The notes under the pieces are model-generated. The model made no database searches and had not been told where the DNA came from. It saw only the letters and a program-made list of their open reading frames with translations. The position numbers were made by a program, and so were the translations under genes. 64,000 nt of DNA, from the NCBI RefSeq assembly GCF_004010195.1, contig NC_057750.1, positions 15,103,362-15,167,361 on the forward strand. Direction: 5' to 3'. Origin of the DNA: Chiloscyllium plagiosum. Lineage: Eukaryota. Of the stretch, positions 12,831 to 25,307 are shown in pieces; the stretch's first letter is position 1; each line of letters begins with the position of its first letter.

Positions 12831-13624
12831 TAAAAACCAGCAATGTGTGTTCGGTGACCATGTGAAAACTAACAGTGTGTGTTCGGTGACCAGCTGAAAA
12901 CCAGCAATGTGTGTGTTTGATTAATGTTGCTGTGGAGAAACCTGTGGATGAAGTAGGAGGTGGCGGACAAAGACAGATACGTATTGGGGTCGTCTAGTGG
13001 AGACGTGGTAATGAAGCAGGAGGCGATGCCACTGCTGGTGGTTCTGCGGTGACGATTGGACAGAGAGGAATGAAACCAGACAAACGAGCAGTCTTACCCA
13101 GCAAGGTGACAATGGAGAGGCCCATCAACAGGATGCTGTGGCCAGCCATGTTGAATACTGCAGACAGGCCAAGATGGAGGAGGAGGAGGAATAGCTTACT
13201 TTGTCACATTCGCTTAGAGAATGCCTGTGGTGAATCAACATCTATCAGATCCCAGATTTGAAATTAAGAATTAATCTAACATCGATTGCAAAAGCAAGTC
13301 CCAAACACCTGCTTGTCCTTTGTATTTAAAAGTGTTTCTTAATTTCACTCACAAAAGGCTGGCCTCTAATAATTAGGCAATTCCCCCTAATTCTGAACTC
13401 TTTGATCAGCAAAATAGTTTTGTTTTATCGACCTTATCTCTTCCCCTTAATACTGCGAAAAACTCTCTTTAGTTTATTGACAGGCAGGGAAAATTCTGGT
13501 CCATTTAATTATTACAGGGTAAATCATTCTGATTGATCTCTGTTGCATCTCATCCTGTGGAGCACTGCTGAGAACAGCTCACACTGACTTCAAATATGGC
13601 CTAATCAACAGAGTATATTGTATA

Positions 13625-13920
13625 GTGGCACAATGGCAAGCCCTGATACCTCACAGCACCAGGGACCCGGGTTCGATTCCAGCCTCGGGCGACTGTCTGT
13701 GTGGAGTTTGCACATTCTCCCCGTGTCTGCGTGGGTTTCCTCCGGGTGCTCTAGTTCCCTCCCACAGTCCAAAAATGTGCAGGTTAGGTACTAAATTGCA
13801 CATTGTGTACACACTAGGTGGATTAGTCATGATAAATGTAGGGTTATAGGATAAGGAGGGTGGGATGCTTTTTGGAGAGTTGATGGGCCAAATGGTCTGC
13901 CTCCACACTGTGGGGATTCT
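13625..13920 (+). mobile_element. HE1 SINE
   Basis: gggacccgggttcgattccagcctcgggcgactgtctgtgtggagtttg. Confidence 0.85.
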
Positions 13921-14377
13921 GTAATTCTAACTCACTTGGGTTCTAGTCTTCAGTGTATTTGTCTTTTGGATTGTTACCTGTTCTCGATTATTATTTTAAT
14001 TTAATCATTTTAGTGGTGTCTGGAACTGGACTCCCAGGTCTCTTTGCCCTTCCACTGTTCCTCGTGTTTTATCTTTCCTTTGACACTGATAAGTCAACAT
14101 ATGCCCACCTTGAAACCATTTAGCCAGCCACTTATTCAATATCCATTTGCAATTATACGCTTCCACACCCACTTCTAAAAATGCCACCATTCTCTGTATC
14201 ATCAGCAAATTTGGAAAGGTCTCCATTTATCCTCATTATTATCCTCGAATCCCTACAGTATGGAATCAGGCATTTGGCGCATCGAATACACACTGAACCC
14301 TCAAAGAGCACCCGATCCAGACTGACCCCACCTACCCTATAACCCTCCATTCCCCTGGCTAATCCAGCACAGTGTAT

Positions 14378-14680
14378 AGGTGGACAAAGTTAAAAATCAC
14401 ACACCAGGTTACAGTCCAACAGGTTTATTTGGAAGCACTAGCTTTCAGAGCGCTGCTCCTTCATCAGGCTGTGGAGAATAAGATCATAAGACACAGAATT
14501 TATAGCAAACGTTGTTAGTGTGATGTAACTGAAATTATACATTGAAAAAGACCAGGATTGTTTGTTAAGTCTCTCATCTTTTAGAATGAACATGTTGGTT
14601 TCAGTTCTTTCATAAGTAAACCACAGAACTTTTTTAAAGTTACATTCTCAAGTGAACTATAACAATTGGTGCCATGTCAG
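14378..14680 (-). mobile_element. Family B PLE terminal derivative with hammerhead core at 14439-14467
   Basis: Minus strand CUGAUGA-A-GGAGC-agc-GCUCU-GAAAGCUA (G-U wobble closing stem II). Confidence 0.75.
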
Positions 14681-14684
14681 TGTC

Positions 14685-15195
14685 ATGGTTAGCACTGCTG
14701 CCTCACAGCGCCAGGGACCCGGGTTCAATTCCACTTTTGAGCGACTGTCTGTGTGGAGTTTGGTAAAAACAATGACTGCAGATGCTGGAAACCAGATTCT
14801 GGATTAGTGGAGTTTGCACATTCTCCTCGTGTCTGCATGGGTTTCCTCCTGGTGCTCTGGTTTCCTCCCACAGTCCAAAGGTGTGCAGGTTAGGTGGACT
14901 AAATTGCCCGTAGTGTCCAGGGACAGGGTCCGGGTGAGAATGCCCTCCGGAGGGTCAATGCAGACTCATTGGCCAACTGACCTGCCTCCACACTGTAGGG
15001 ATTCGCTGACAAGATAATCCGCCCTAATCTGTGCATCTTTGGAACACAGAAAGGAAAGTGAATCATCTGGAGGAAACCCACGCAGACAAGGAGAGAATGC
15101 GCAAACTCCACACAGACAGTCACCCGAGGCTGGTATCGAACCTGGGCCCCTGACGCTGTGAAGCTGAAGTACGAACCACTGAGCCACTGTGCCGT
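14685..15195. mobile_element. HE1 SINE pair (plus then minus); first copy has a 44-bp insertion
   Basis: HE1 head and core in both orientations; gtggagtttg duplicated at 14753-14762 and 14807-14816. Confidence 0.8.
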
Positions 15196-15390
15196 CCATA
15201 TCACAAGCCTTTCCTAAACATGGGGGCTTTGACAAAGACCATGAGACACAAGAGCAGGAGTAGGCCATTCGGCCCTTTGAGTCTGCTCTGCTATTCACTG
15301 AGATCACGGTGGATCTGATAACCCGAAACTCCACTTTTCTGCTTTTCTCCGTAAACCCTTGGTGCCCTTGTTAATTAAAAATCTCTGTCA

Positions 15391-16818
15391 GCCGGGGGGG
15401 GAGAGAGTTCCCAGGGCCGAGGGTGAGTGAGTTCCCAGGGCTGAGGGAGTGAGTTCCCAGGGCCTGGGGGAGTGAGTTCCCAGGGCCAGGGGGGAATGGG
15501 TTCCCTGAGCCGGGGGGAGAGAGTTCCCAGAGCCTGAGGAAGAGTGAGTTCCCAGGGCCGGAGGGGGTTGAGTTCCCAGGGCCTGAGGAAGTGAGTACCC
15601 AGAGCCAGGGGGGAATGGGTTCCCTGGGCCGGGGGGGAGAGATTTCCCAGGGCCTGAGGGAGTGAGTTCCCAGGGCATATGGGAGTGAGTTCCCAGGGCC
15701 GGAGGGGGGGGGGTCGTGACTTCCCAGGACCTGAGGAAGAGTGAGTTCCGAGGGCCTGTGGGAGTGAGTTCCCAGGGCCTATGGGAGTGAGTCCCCAGGG
15801 CCTGAGGGAGTGAGTTCCCAGGGCCTAGGGGAGTGAGACCCCAGGGCCAGGGGAAGGCAGTTCCCAGGGCCTTGGGGAGTGAGATCCCAGGACGGGGGGG
15901 AGTGAGATCCCAGGGCCCGAGGGAGTGAGATCCCAGGGCCTGAGGGAGTGAGTTCCTAGGGCCCAGAGGGAGGGAGTTCCCAGGGCCCGGAGAGAGTGAG
16001 ATCCCAGGACCGGGGGGAGTGAGATCCCAGGGCCTGAGGGAGTGAGTTCCCAGTGCCGGGGGGAGTGAGTTCACAGGGCCACGGGGAGTGCGTTCCCAGG
16101 GCCTGAGTGAGTGAGTTCACAGGGCTGGTGGGGTGAGTGAGTTCCTAGGGCCTGAGGGAGTGAGTTCCCAGGGCCTATGGGAGTGAGTTCCCAGGACCTG
16201 TGGGAGTGAGTTCCCAGGGCCTGATGGAGTGAGTTCCCAGGACCCGAGGGAGTGAGTTCCCAGGGCTGGTGGGGGTAGTGAGTTCCCAGGGTCTATGGGA
16301 GTGAGTTCCCAGGGCCTGAGGGAGTGAGTTCCCAGGGCCTGATGGAGTGAGTTCCCAGGACCCGAGGGAGTGAGTTCCCAGGGCTGGGGGGGAGTGAGTT
16401 CCCAGGGCCTGAGGGAGAGGGTTCCCAGGGTCTATGGGAGTGAGTTCCCAGGGCCTGTGGGAGTGAGTTCCCAGGGCCTGAGGGAGTGAGTTCACAGGGC
16501 CTGAGGGAGTGAGTTCACAGGGCCTGTGGGAGTGTGTTCCCAGGGCCTGTGGGAGTGAGTTCCCAGGGCCTGAGGGAGTGAGTTCACAGGGCCTGAGGGA
16601 GTGAGTTCCCAGGGCCTGTGGGAGTGAGTTCCCAGGGCGTGTGGGAGTGAGTTCCCAGGGCCTGAGGGAGTGAGTTCACAGGGCCTGAGGGAGTGAGTTC
16701 CCAGGGCCTGTGGGAGTGAGTTCCCAGGGCCTGTGGGAGTGAGTTCCCAGGGCCAGTGGGAGTGAGTTCCCAGGTCCGGGGGTGTGAGTTCCCAGAACCG
16801 GGGGTGAGTGAGTTCCAT
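15391..16818. repeat. G-rich minisatellite, unit about 23 bp (gggagtgagttcccagggcctga)
   Basis: Dozens of direct tandem copies read directly. Confidence 0.95.
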
Positions 16819-18991
16819 GGACTTGCAGCATCACTGAGATTCAAGGCTTTGGAGACGATGACCCACTTATCTAACAGAAATACGACATTTAGATCTGGAC
16901 CCCTTCTTCTTAGGACTGTGTTTTTCTGTATTTCTGCTTATGTTTATTTCTAAATTTTTATCTTGGATGGTGATTTTGGCTTTAGGATCTAAGATGGTTT
17001 GTTTGTTTTTAATTTGGGTTTCAGTACCTCAGATAGCGCCAGAGGACGGAGTCTTTTCACTGTCCTCCTGTACTTGAGTACATGGGACAATGAAACCTAA
17101 TTCTAATTCTAAGACTATAGGACGTACCAGTAGATGTAAGCATCCTGGGACAATGTTTGGCTAACCTGCCATTTTCCCTGCTCTGTAGCTTTTGTTACTA
17201 GCCAGTTTTCGAAGCAAATTTCAAGAATTTGTCGAGTGACATCAGCTTTATCTCAAACCATCAGCGTTTTGTGAGAGATTATTTGGCAGTGTATTAAATA
17301 GCGGGGTTTATTAGGCATGACTTGTCCTTTATGAATCCGTGCTGGCCCTCTCAGACCAGGTGTTCAAAGACTGTGAGTCATTTCCCAGTCACAGGTGTCA
17401 GGTTAACTAACCGATCTGTATATTCCCAAGTTTCTCTCTTTCACCTTTCTTGAATAATGAAGTGACGCGTGCAATTTTCCAACCGCAAGCAAGGCTCCTG
17501 AATTGAGAGGACTTTGATGCATTAATTGTGCAATCAAACAGCTTAGTTAACAAACTGGAAAGCCTTCCACCACTCACCAATGGCAGAGAGAGATCGGGAG
17601 AGAGTCCCTAGTCAGAAAGGAAATGGGAGCCTCCCTCATCACGATCTATCGCTCTCTACTGTAATATGCAGGGAACTGCAAACCCCTGGACCAGCAAGGA
17701 GCATCAGGGTAAAGTGGGGTTGAGGTCACAATCCGATGAGCCAGTATGTTATTTGGTTTCACTGAGTAATGCAGTGAAAACCTTGCACTGTTGCCCTGAT
17801 CGGGCACCACTTTGAATAGTTTAAGAATGCAAAACAAAATGCTTAAAGAGACTTCATAACCCTTATGCCACTGCTTCACCGCCATCAGCACCGCTGGGTC
17901 TACCTTGCCTCTACCGATGCCGGGACACGTAGTCTCCCCTCCGTCAGCCGTCTCTTCACCACTGTCCACCAAAGGGCTGCTCCAGACCCCGACAAAGACA
18001 CCTTCCTCCCGCCTTCCACTTGGAATTCATTGCTGCCATGACCCAACTGTCCCGGAAGGTAAATAGAAGCAAAAAAACTAAAAAGAATAAAAAGATAAGA
18101 AAAAAAAAAGGAAATGGATGGAATGGACCAGCCCCAGGCTCAGCCCCATGCTGCCTATTCTGCCATCTTGAATATTATTTAATGGTATAGCAAATTTGAA
18201 GGACAGAGTGGCCTACTCTTGCACCGAGTTCTTCAGGGTTTGGAGGTTGGGAGTGATGGGTGGGGTTGCAGGTCATTTGGCTTAAAGGCTGGTCTGGATC
18301 AGATCGGTGCCGACAGCCAGGGTTCGATCCCTGTTACCCCACTGGGGGTAAATTCAGGAACCTGCCTCCACACCCAGCAGGAGGCAGTCACAGCGCTGTG
18401 GGGTGGACCTGTCTTTGAACAGTGAACTGATCTGAGAAGAGATCTGGTTTAACCACACTATGCCAGATGTGTCCACTTGCAGTCCCTCTCTCATCTGCTA
18501 AAACTAGTCCATTATCCAGAATCATCCCGGAACGCAAAAGTTTTTTTAAAAAGAAAATATTATTTTCATTTCTTCACAGGATATGGCTGTCTCTGGCTGG
18601 GGCCAGCACTTAATGCTCATCCCTAATTGCCCTTGAGTCCTGGAGATCTGCACTGTAAACTATTGTATTAAACACCTCTGTCTTTCCCCCCTTTCCATCC
18701 ACCTCCAACGCAGGTGTGAGGGGAGCATGGTTCTCTTTGTCACAGTCATAAAGGCCATTCCTTAGCACAAATTGCCTGTCCCACTTCCCCAGCAACAGGA
18801 AAGTCGGGACATGTTATAATTGGATAACCCACAATTCTGGGTATCCCAAAGTGGTCAGCCATTCCCTTCAGCAGAGTAGGATAGCCAACAGGACAATCAG
18901 TCAGTGTTCCATCCTGGATTAGCTGAATCCATGCACACTCATCTTCCATGTGACCAGAGCTGTTGGGGGTGGAGCTATGCCTGGGCAAGAG

Positions 18992-19296
18992 TTAGATTAG
19001 ATTTCCTACAGTGTGGAAACAGGCCCTTTGGCTCAACAAGTCCACACTGACCCTCCGAATAGGAACCCACCCAGACCCATTTCCCTCTGACTAATGCACC
19101 TAACGCTAGAGGCAATTTAGCATGGCCAATTCACCTAACCTGCACATCTTTGGATTGTGGGAGGAAACAGGAGCACCCAGAGGAAACCCACACAGACACA
19201 GGGAGAATGTACAAACTCCAGCCCGAGGCTGGAATCAAACCTGGGCTCCTGGTGCTGTGAGGCAGCAGTGCTAACCACTGAGCCACTGTGCCACCC
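18992..19296 (-). mobile_element. HE1 SINE
   Basis: Reverse complement of HE1 head, core and tail. Confidence 0.85.
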
Positions 19297-19389
19297 AAGA
19301 GTGCAGAACCAGTGTTCGGTGTGGGCAATGGCTTAGTTGTATTATCATCAGACCCTTAATCCAGAGACCCAGGTATTGTCTATCATGTG

Positions 19390-20000
19390 AACAAAGAAGC
19401 TTAGAGTGCAGGTTCACAGGTCCTTGAAAGTGGAGTTGCAGGTAGATAGGATAGTGAAGAAGGCGTTTGGTATGTTTTCCTTTATTGGTCAGAGTACTGA
19501 GTATAGGAGTTGGGAGGTCATGTTGCGGCTGTACAGGACATTGGTTAGGCCACTTTTAGAATATTGCGTGCAATTCTGGTCTGCTTCCTACCGGAAAGAT
19601 GTTGTGAAAAGATTTACAAGGATGTGAACCTTGTAAAAGGTTAGAAGGTTTGAGCTACAAGGAGAGGCTGGATAAGCTGGGGCTGTTTTCCCTGGAGCGT
19701 CTGCAACATTTAAGAGGCATTTGGATGGGTATATCAATAGGAAGGGTTTGGAGGGATATGGGCCAGGTGCTGGCAGGTGGGATTAGATTGGGTTGGGATA
19801 TCTGGTCGGCATGGACGGATTGGACCGAAGGGTCTGTTTCTGTGCTGTACATCTCTCTGACTCTATTTTTAAAACATTCAGACAGGTACAAGAATAGAAA
19901 AGATTTAGAAGGATATGGGCCAAATGCAGGTTCAGTTTCGGAAACCTGGTCAGCATGAATGAGTTGGGCCGAAGGGCCTGTTTCCGTGCTGTATAATTCT
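19390..20000 (+). mobile_element. CR1/HER1 fragments (internally deleted)
   Basis: VKKAFGMFSFIGQSTEYRSWEVMLRLYRTLVRPLLEYCVQFWS plus two tails. Confidence 0.85.
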
Positions 20001-20732
20001 ATGAGCTGCTGAGCTGGATGTGATTTATTTGGTCCAATTTGATGTGTGCCTGGCATTCAGCTCAGGAAGTGGGGGATTGGCCTGTCTGTGCGTCACACTT
20101 GGCATCTGCTCCTGCTCAGACACAGCTCAAGAATGCCCTATTTGGATCGAAGAGGTTGGCAAACAGGCAGAACCGCCCACGTCAGCTTGCTGTTATTTCC
20201 TCTTTTTCAGAAAAAGGCTGAGCTCACAGCTCTCTGAGGACCACTGCGCACAATCAGGGGAAATGGTGTGTACTTTCGTGGAATTGAGAGTGTGAGAGCA
20301 TTAGTGAACCACTCGGCCAATATTGACTCAGGGGGTGTTGGTGACATCATTGTGTTTGTACTGATTTGCATTCTGCACAGTATCAGAGTTTGTTTAACAC
20401 CTCTGAATGCAAATCATTAATCGCTGTCACCACAAAGTCAGTAGCACAGCAATTGAGGTGCGTGGTGGAACTCTAGATCCGGGAGTTGTGTCGGAACCTA
20501 TATGGATGAAGGCCTTCAGACACTGAGGGTTGACTCCTCCTGGAACAGCTTTCAGACGTATAACAGAGAAAGCAATGTACATTGTTATAGCCACTTTCAC
20601 GATTTTATCAAACCTTCTTTAGCCAATGAAATGCTTTTGAAGTTCATTCAATGTTTCAAACAGCATTGTGCAGCAAAACCATAGCAAGATGAATCACCCA
20701 GGGTCTTGCTTGCTGATCGTGTCTAATCAACC

Positions 20733-21195
20733 TGTGGCTCAGTGGTTGGCACTGCTGCCTCACAGCGCCAGGGACCCTGGTTCGATTCCAGCCTCAGGCG
20801 ACTGTCTGCGTGGGTTTCCTCCGGGTGCTCCAGTTTCCTCCCACATCCCTCTGAAGATGTGCAAGTTAGGCTATGCTAAATTGCCCATCGTGCTCAGGGA
20901 CGCGCAGCCTAGGTGGGTTAGCCATGGGAGAAAGTGAGGACTGCAGATGGTGGAGATCAGAGTCAAAAAGTGTGGTGCTGGAAAAGCACAGCCAGTCAGG
21001 AATGAGGAAGGGTTTATGCTCGAGATGTCAACCAGCTGTGCTTTTCCACCACCACACGTTTTGACTTGTTTTAGCCATGGGGAAAAGCAGGGTTACAGGT
21101 TAAGGGTGGATGGGTGGCTGGTTGTGGGTGAGATGTTCTTCCAAGGGTCAGTGTGGACTCAATGGGCCGAAAGGCCTCCATCTGCATTGTAGCGA
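20733..21195 (+). mobile_element. HE1 SINE interrupted by fold-back family A PLE derivative (20929-21070)
   Basis: TSD ttagccatggg at 20918-20928 and 21071-21081; internal inverted arms. Confidence 0.75.
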
Positions 21196-22321
21196 TTCGA
21201 TGAAATGATATTACACACCTCTGGAACAGGTAGGAGTTGAAGCCAAGCCTCCTGATTGAGAAATAGAAAATTAACAAGAGCTCCTAGGGATAAGGGCTCT
21301 CTCCACATCCTTGTGTTCAGCAGCCCTTTCAGCAAGCTGAGGAGGTCCCTATGAATAAAATCAAAATACTGCTAAATTGCCCATAATGTGAGGCGCATTA
21401 GTTAGGGATAAATATAGGGTAGGGGAATGGGTCTGGGTGGGTTACTCTTCGGAGGGTCGGTGTGGACTTGTTGGGCCGAAGGGCCTGTTTCCATACTGTC
21501 GGGAATCTAATCTAATTATTGCAGTTGATGGAGAAACTCAGCAGCTCTGGTAGCATCTGTGCATCGTAGGAAACCTGATTTCTCCTACAAGTACGGTGTA
21601 TATCAAAAGGAAACGAAATACGCAATAAGTATGTGAAAAATGGCTTTATTTTTTAGCTTGCTCAGAAAAGGGAATGACAAAAGTTGGAAATGGGTTCTGG
21701 AGAAACTCAATCATCTTTCTGGGTGTACTGTTATTGGATGAGTGTGGTATAATTTGCTCTTGTCAAATGTTTGAAATGCCTTCTCCAAGTTTTCCTGCTG
21801 CAGAATGAAATCCCAGAGGGCTTTTACTGCTTCAGCTTAGACAACGGAAAAGTGTGGGCCGTTCCTGAATACTCAGCCTCCTCAGACGTTCTTACAGGCT
21901 TTCACAGAGAGATCATGTTGGTCAATGTTTTTGATTCATTCATTCACTGGCTGGATTGAGCATTTATTGCCCATCCCGAATTGCCTGGGGGGGCCGTTGA
22001 GAGTTAACCTCATTGCGGTAGGTCTGGAGTCACGTACAGGCTAGACCAGGGAAGGAAGATAGTTTTCCTCTATAAGGGCTGTTAGTGAGCCAGATGCGTT
22101 TTTCCGACAATCGGAAATGGTCATCATTAGACTTTTAATTCCAGATTTTTTTATTGAATACAAATTTCACCATCTGCTGATGTGGAATTCAAACCCAGGT
22201 CATAGGTCATAGAGATGTACAGCACAGAAACAGACCCTTCGGTCCAACTCGTCCATGCCGACCAGATATCCTAACCCAATCTAGTCTCATTTGCCAGCCC
22301 TTGGCCTATATCCCCCTAAAC

Positions 22322-23892
22322 CAGAGGTGGGGAACCTTTTCATGTTGGAAGGCCCCATTATGTTAGTTGTAACCTAATAAGGCCGCTTCCAAGAAACTTT
22401 AATTATATATTCTTCAAAATTCATATTTTGTAAAAATCTAACTACTATGAAAAAAATGAAAAAAAAATGTTAATTCTAAAGTTAACTAACCTTTTCATGA
22501 CTTTGTTGTGACTGCTTTTTGTAGGAAAGCATTTGAATATTTGGTTGCAGGATGGAGCTCTGCAGTTTTAGCTGATCCTTTAGATGGGTATCTGTCATTT
22601 GTGGCCTTAAGGGCGTCTTAGAACATAGAACATAGAACAGTACAGCACAGAACAGGCCCTTCAGCCCACAATGTTGTGCCGACCATTGATCCTTATGTAA
22701 GGTAAAGCTAATGTACGAACCCTCAAATTTCTGTGACCATTTGCATGTCCAGCAGTCTCTTAAATATCCCCAATGACCTTGCTTCCACAACTGCTGCTGG
22801 CAACTCATTCCATGCTCTCACAACTCTCTGCGTAAAGAACCCGCCACTGACATCCCCTCTATACTTTCCGTCAAACAGCTTAAAACTATGACCCCGCGTG
22901 TTAACAATTTCTGCCCTGGGAAAAAGTCTCTGGCTATCAACTCTATCTATGCCTCTCATTATCTTGTACACCTCAATTAGGTCCCCTCTCTTCCTTCTTT
23001 TTTCCAAAGAAAAAAGTCCGAGTTCAGTCAACCTCTCTTCGTAAGATAAGCCCTCCATTCCAGGCAACATCCTGGTAAACCTCCTCTGAACCCTCTCCAA
23101 AGCATCCACGTCTTTCCTATAATAGGGCGACCAGAACTGGACACAGTATTCCAAGTGCGGTCTAACCAAAGTTTTATAGAGCCGCAACAAGATCTCACGG
23201 CTCTTAAACTCAATCCCCTTGTTAATGAAAGCCAAAACACCATATGCTTCCTTAACAACCCTGTCCACTTGGGTGGCCATTTTAAGGGATCTATGTACCT
23301 GCACACCAAGATCCCTCTGTTCCTCCACACTGCCAAGAATCCTGTCTTTAATCCTGTACTCAACTTTCAAGTTCGACCTTCCAACTTGATTTTGGTTAAC
23401 TAGGAGAATATAGATTCGCAGCAATAAGTGGTTGAAAAGCAAGAAAGCATTTTTCGTGCATGTTGCCGAAGGCGTGGGGATTTTATTGGAAAGCCACGTG
23501 CACTGTTGTCATAAGTTGATAAACACTGGCGTACTGGATACCCACATGCTCTCACCAACCAGCCTCAGGGGGTAGTGGCGCCAGTCAGACAGGGAAGACA
23601 ACGTACGTTCTAGAGTCGCATTATAACTAAATCATAAGCATAGCAGGTGTCGAAATAGCCCTTCTGACTTACCAATTTTTTAATTGTGGCGGTCAGTCTG
23701 TGAGGATTATTTCGTTAAATTTTCTTTTACTCTCTGGTATTTTAAATACATTCATTTTAAGATTAAAATTAAAAATAATAAAGGACGAGAAAAACATATT
23801 AATAAAAAATAAAAGGTTTGTTCTGCAAAAATTTGGATTCATTCAAAAGGCCCCACACAATGGCCTAGAAGCCCTCAGGTTCCCCACCCCTG
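22322..23892 (-). mobile_element. hAT (Charlie/SPIN-like) DNA transposon, internally deleted, inserted into a HER1 tail
   Basis: 16-bp TIRs cagaggtggggaacct / aggttccccacccctg; exact 8-bp TSD ccctaaac (22314-22321, 23893-23900); transposase C-terminal remnant RPQMTDTHLKDQLKLQSSILQPNIQMLSYKKQSQQSH on minus strand. Confidence 0.88.
22620..23385 (-). mobile_element. CR1-clade LINE 3' fragment nested in the hAT element
   Basis: ORF 22723-23442 contains LYKTLVRPHLEYCVQFWSP...LFSLEKRRKRGDLIEVYK; (tagaaca)n tail. Confidence 0.9.
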
Positions 23893-24195
23893 CCCTAAAC
23901 CCTTCTATTCATATACCCACCCAGATTCATATACCTATCCATGCCCCTCATGATTTTATAAACCTCTCTAAGGTCACTACCTACCTCTACCACTTCCTGT
24001 GGCAGCTCGTTCCAAACTTAGATCCCTTTTCAGTCTTTTTCCTATCACTTTAAACCCATGCCCTCTAGTTTTGGATTCCCCCATCCTGGGCTTAGCTATA
24101 AAAGACTTTATCTATGCCCGTCATGATTTTATAAACCTCTATAAGGTCACCCCTCAGCCTCCAACACTCCAAGGAAAAAGAGGTCGCAGCCATTA

Positions 24196-24502
24196 TGGGC
24201 GGCACAGTAGTTAGCACTGCTGCCTCACAGCACCAGGGTCCCAGATTCGATTCCAGTCTCGGGCAACTGTCTGTGTGGAGTTTGCACATTCTCCCCGTGT
24301 CTGTGTGGATTTCCTCCGGGTGCTCCGGTTTCCTCCCACAGTCCAAAGATCTGCAGGTCAGGTGAAACTGGCTGTGCTAAATTGCCTGTAGTGCAAGGTG
24401 CATTAGTCAAAGGGAAATGGGTCTGGGTGGGTTACTCTTCGGAGGGTCGGTGTGGACTGGTTGGGCCAAAGGGCCTGTTTACACACTGTAGGGAATCTAA
24501 TA
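24196..24502 (+). mobile_element. HE1 SINE nested in minus-strand CR1 remains (about 23893-24860)
   Basis: HE1 head, core and tail; CR1 sequence resumes on both sides. Confidence 0.85.
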
Positions 24503-25307
24503 TCCAGCTTCTCCTTATAACTCAAACCCACCACTCTCAGGAACATCCTTGTAAATCTTTTTTGCACTCTTACCAGTTTAATAAAAACCATCCTGCAGCA
24601 GGGGTATTGTATGCTGTGCTCCAAATGTGGCTTTATTGATGTGTTCTACAGTTTTAACGTGACGTCCCAACTCCTATACTCAGTGCCCTGACTGATGAAG
24701 GCAAGCATGTCAACTGCCTTCTTCACCACCCCATCCACCTCAAGGAACTTTCAAGGAACTATATCCCTAGGTCTCTTTGTTCGACAACACTCCCTTGGGC
24801 CTACCATTAACACTGTAAGATCTGCCCTGGTCTATCTTACCAAAATGCAACACCTCACAGTTACCTGCATGAAGCTCCTCCTCTCTTTTGCTGCATTTAG
24901 TGTCTCACCTTCACTCACTGTAGCTTTGGGCTCCACTTTCTGCTAAAACTGTCTTTCCCACAGTGTAATTAATTCCCAATCGTTTATTGGAAGCACATTC
25001 AAGGTGAGTTTAAAAATGAATTTGATTTACAACATTGAAACAGGCCATTCAGCCCTACTGGTCAATGCTAGTTTTTTTTTTTGAATGAACAAATCAGATT
25101 ATTCCTCTCTGTTTCCACAGCTGTTCGCTGCCATTGAACATCAAATGCACCCTTTCATTGTTTCAGCCTCCAACCTTAGGGTAAGGCTGACAGCCTTGTC
25201 CTCTCTGCCTGACATCTCACCGGCTATTTTGTATGACATTTCTTACTTTTAAACTTTCATTAGCACAACCAGTCTCAAACGCTCAATAACGGAACACAAT
25301 CTCCCAT

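Noticed and set aside
15388..16844. Proline-rich repetitive ORFs
   Set aside because: The unit length of about 23 bp is not a multiple of three; frames cycle, as expected for a non-coding minisatellite
21771..21959. Plus-strand exon candidate NEIPEGFYCFSLDNGKVWAVPEY
   Set aside because: Acceptor plausible but no good donor, partner exon or recognisable homology
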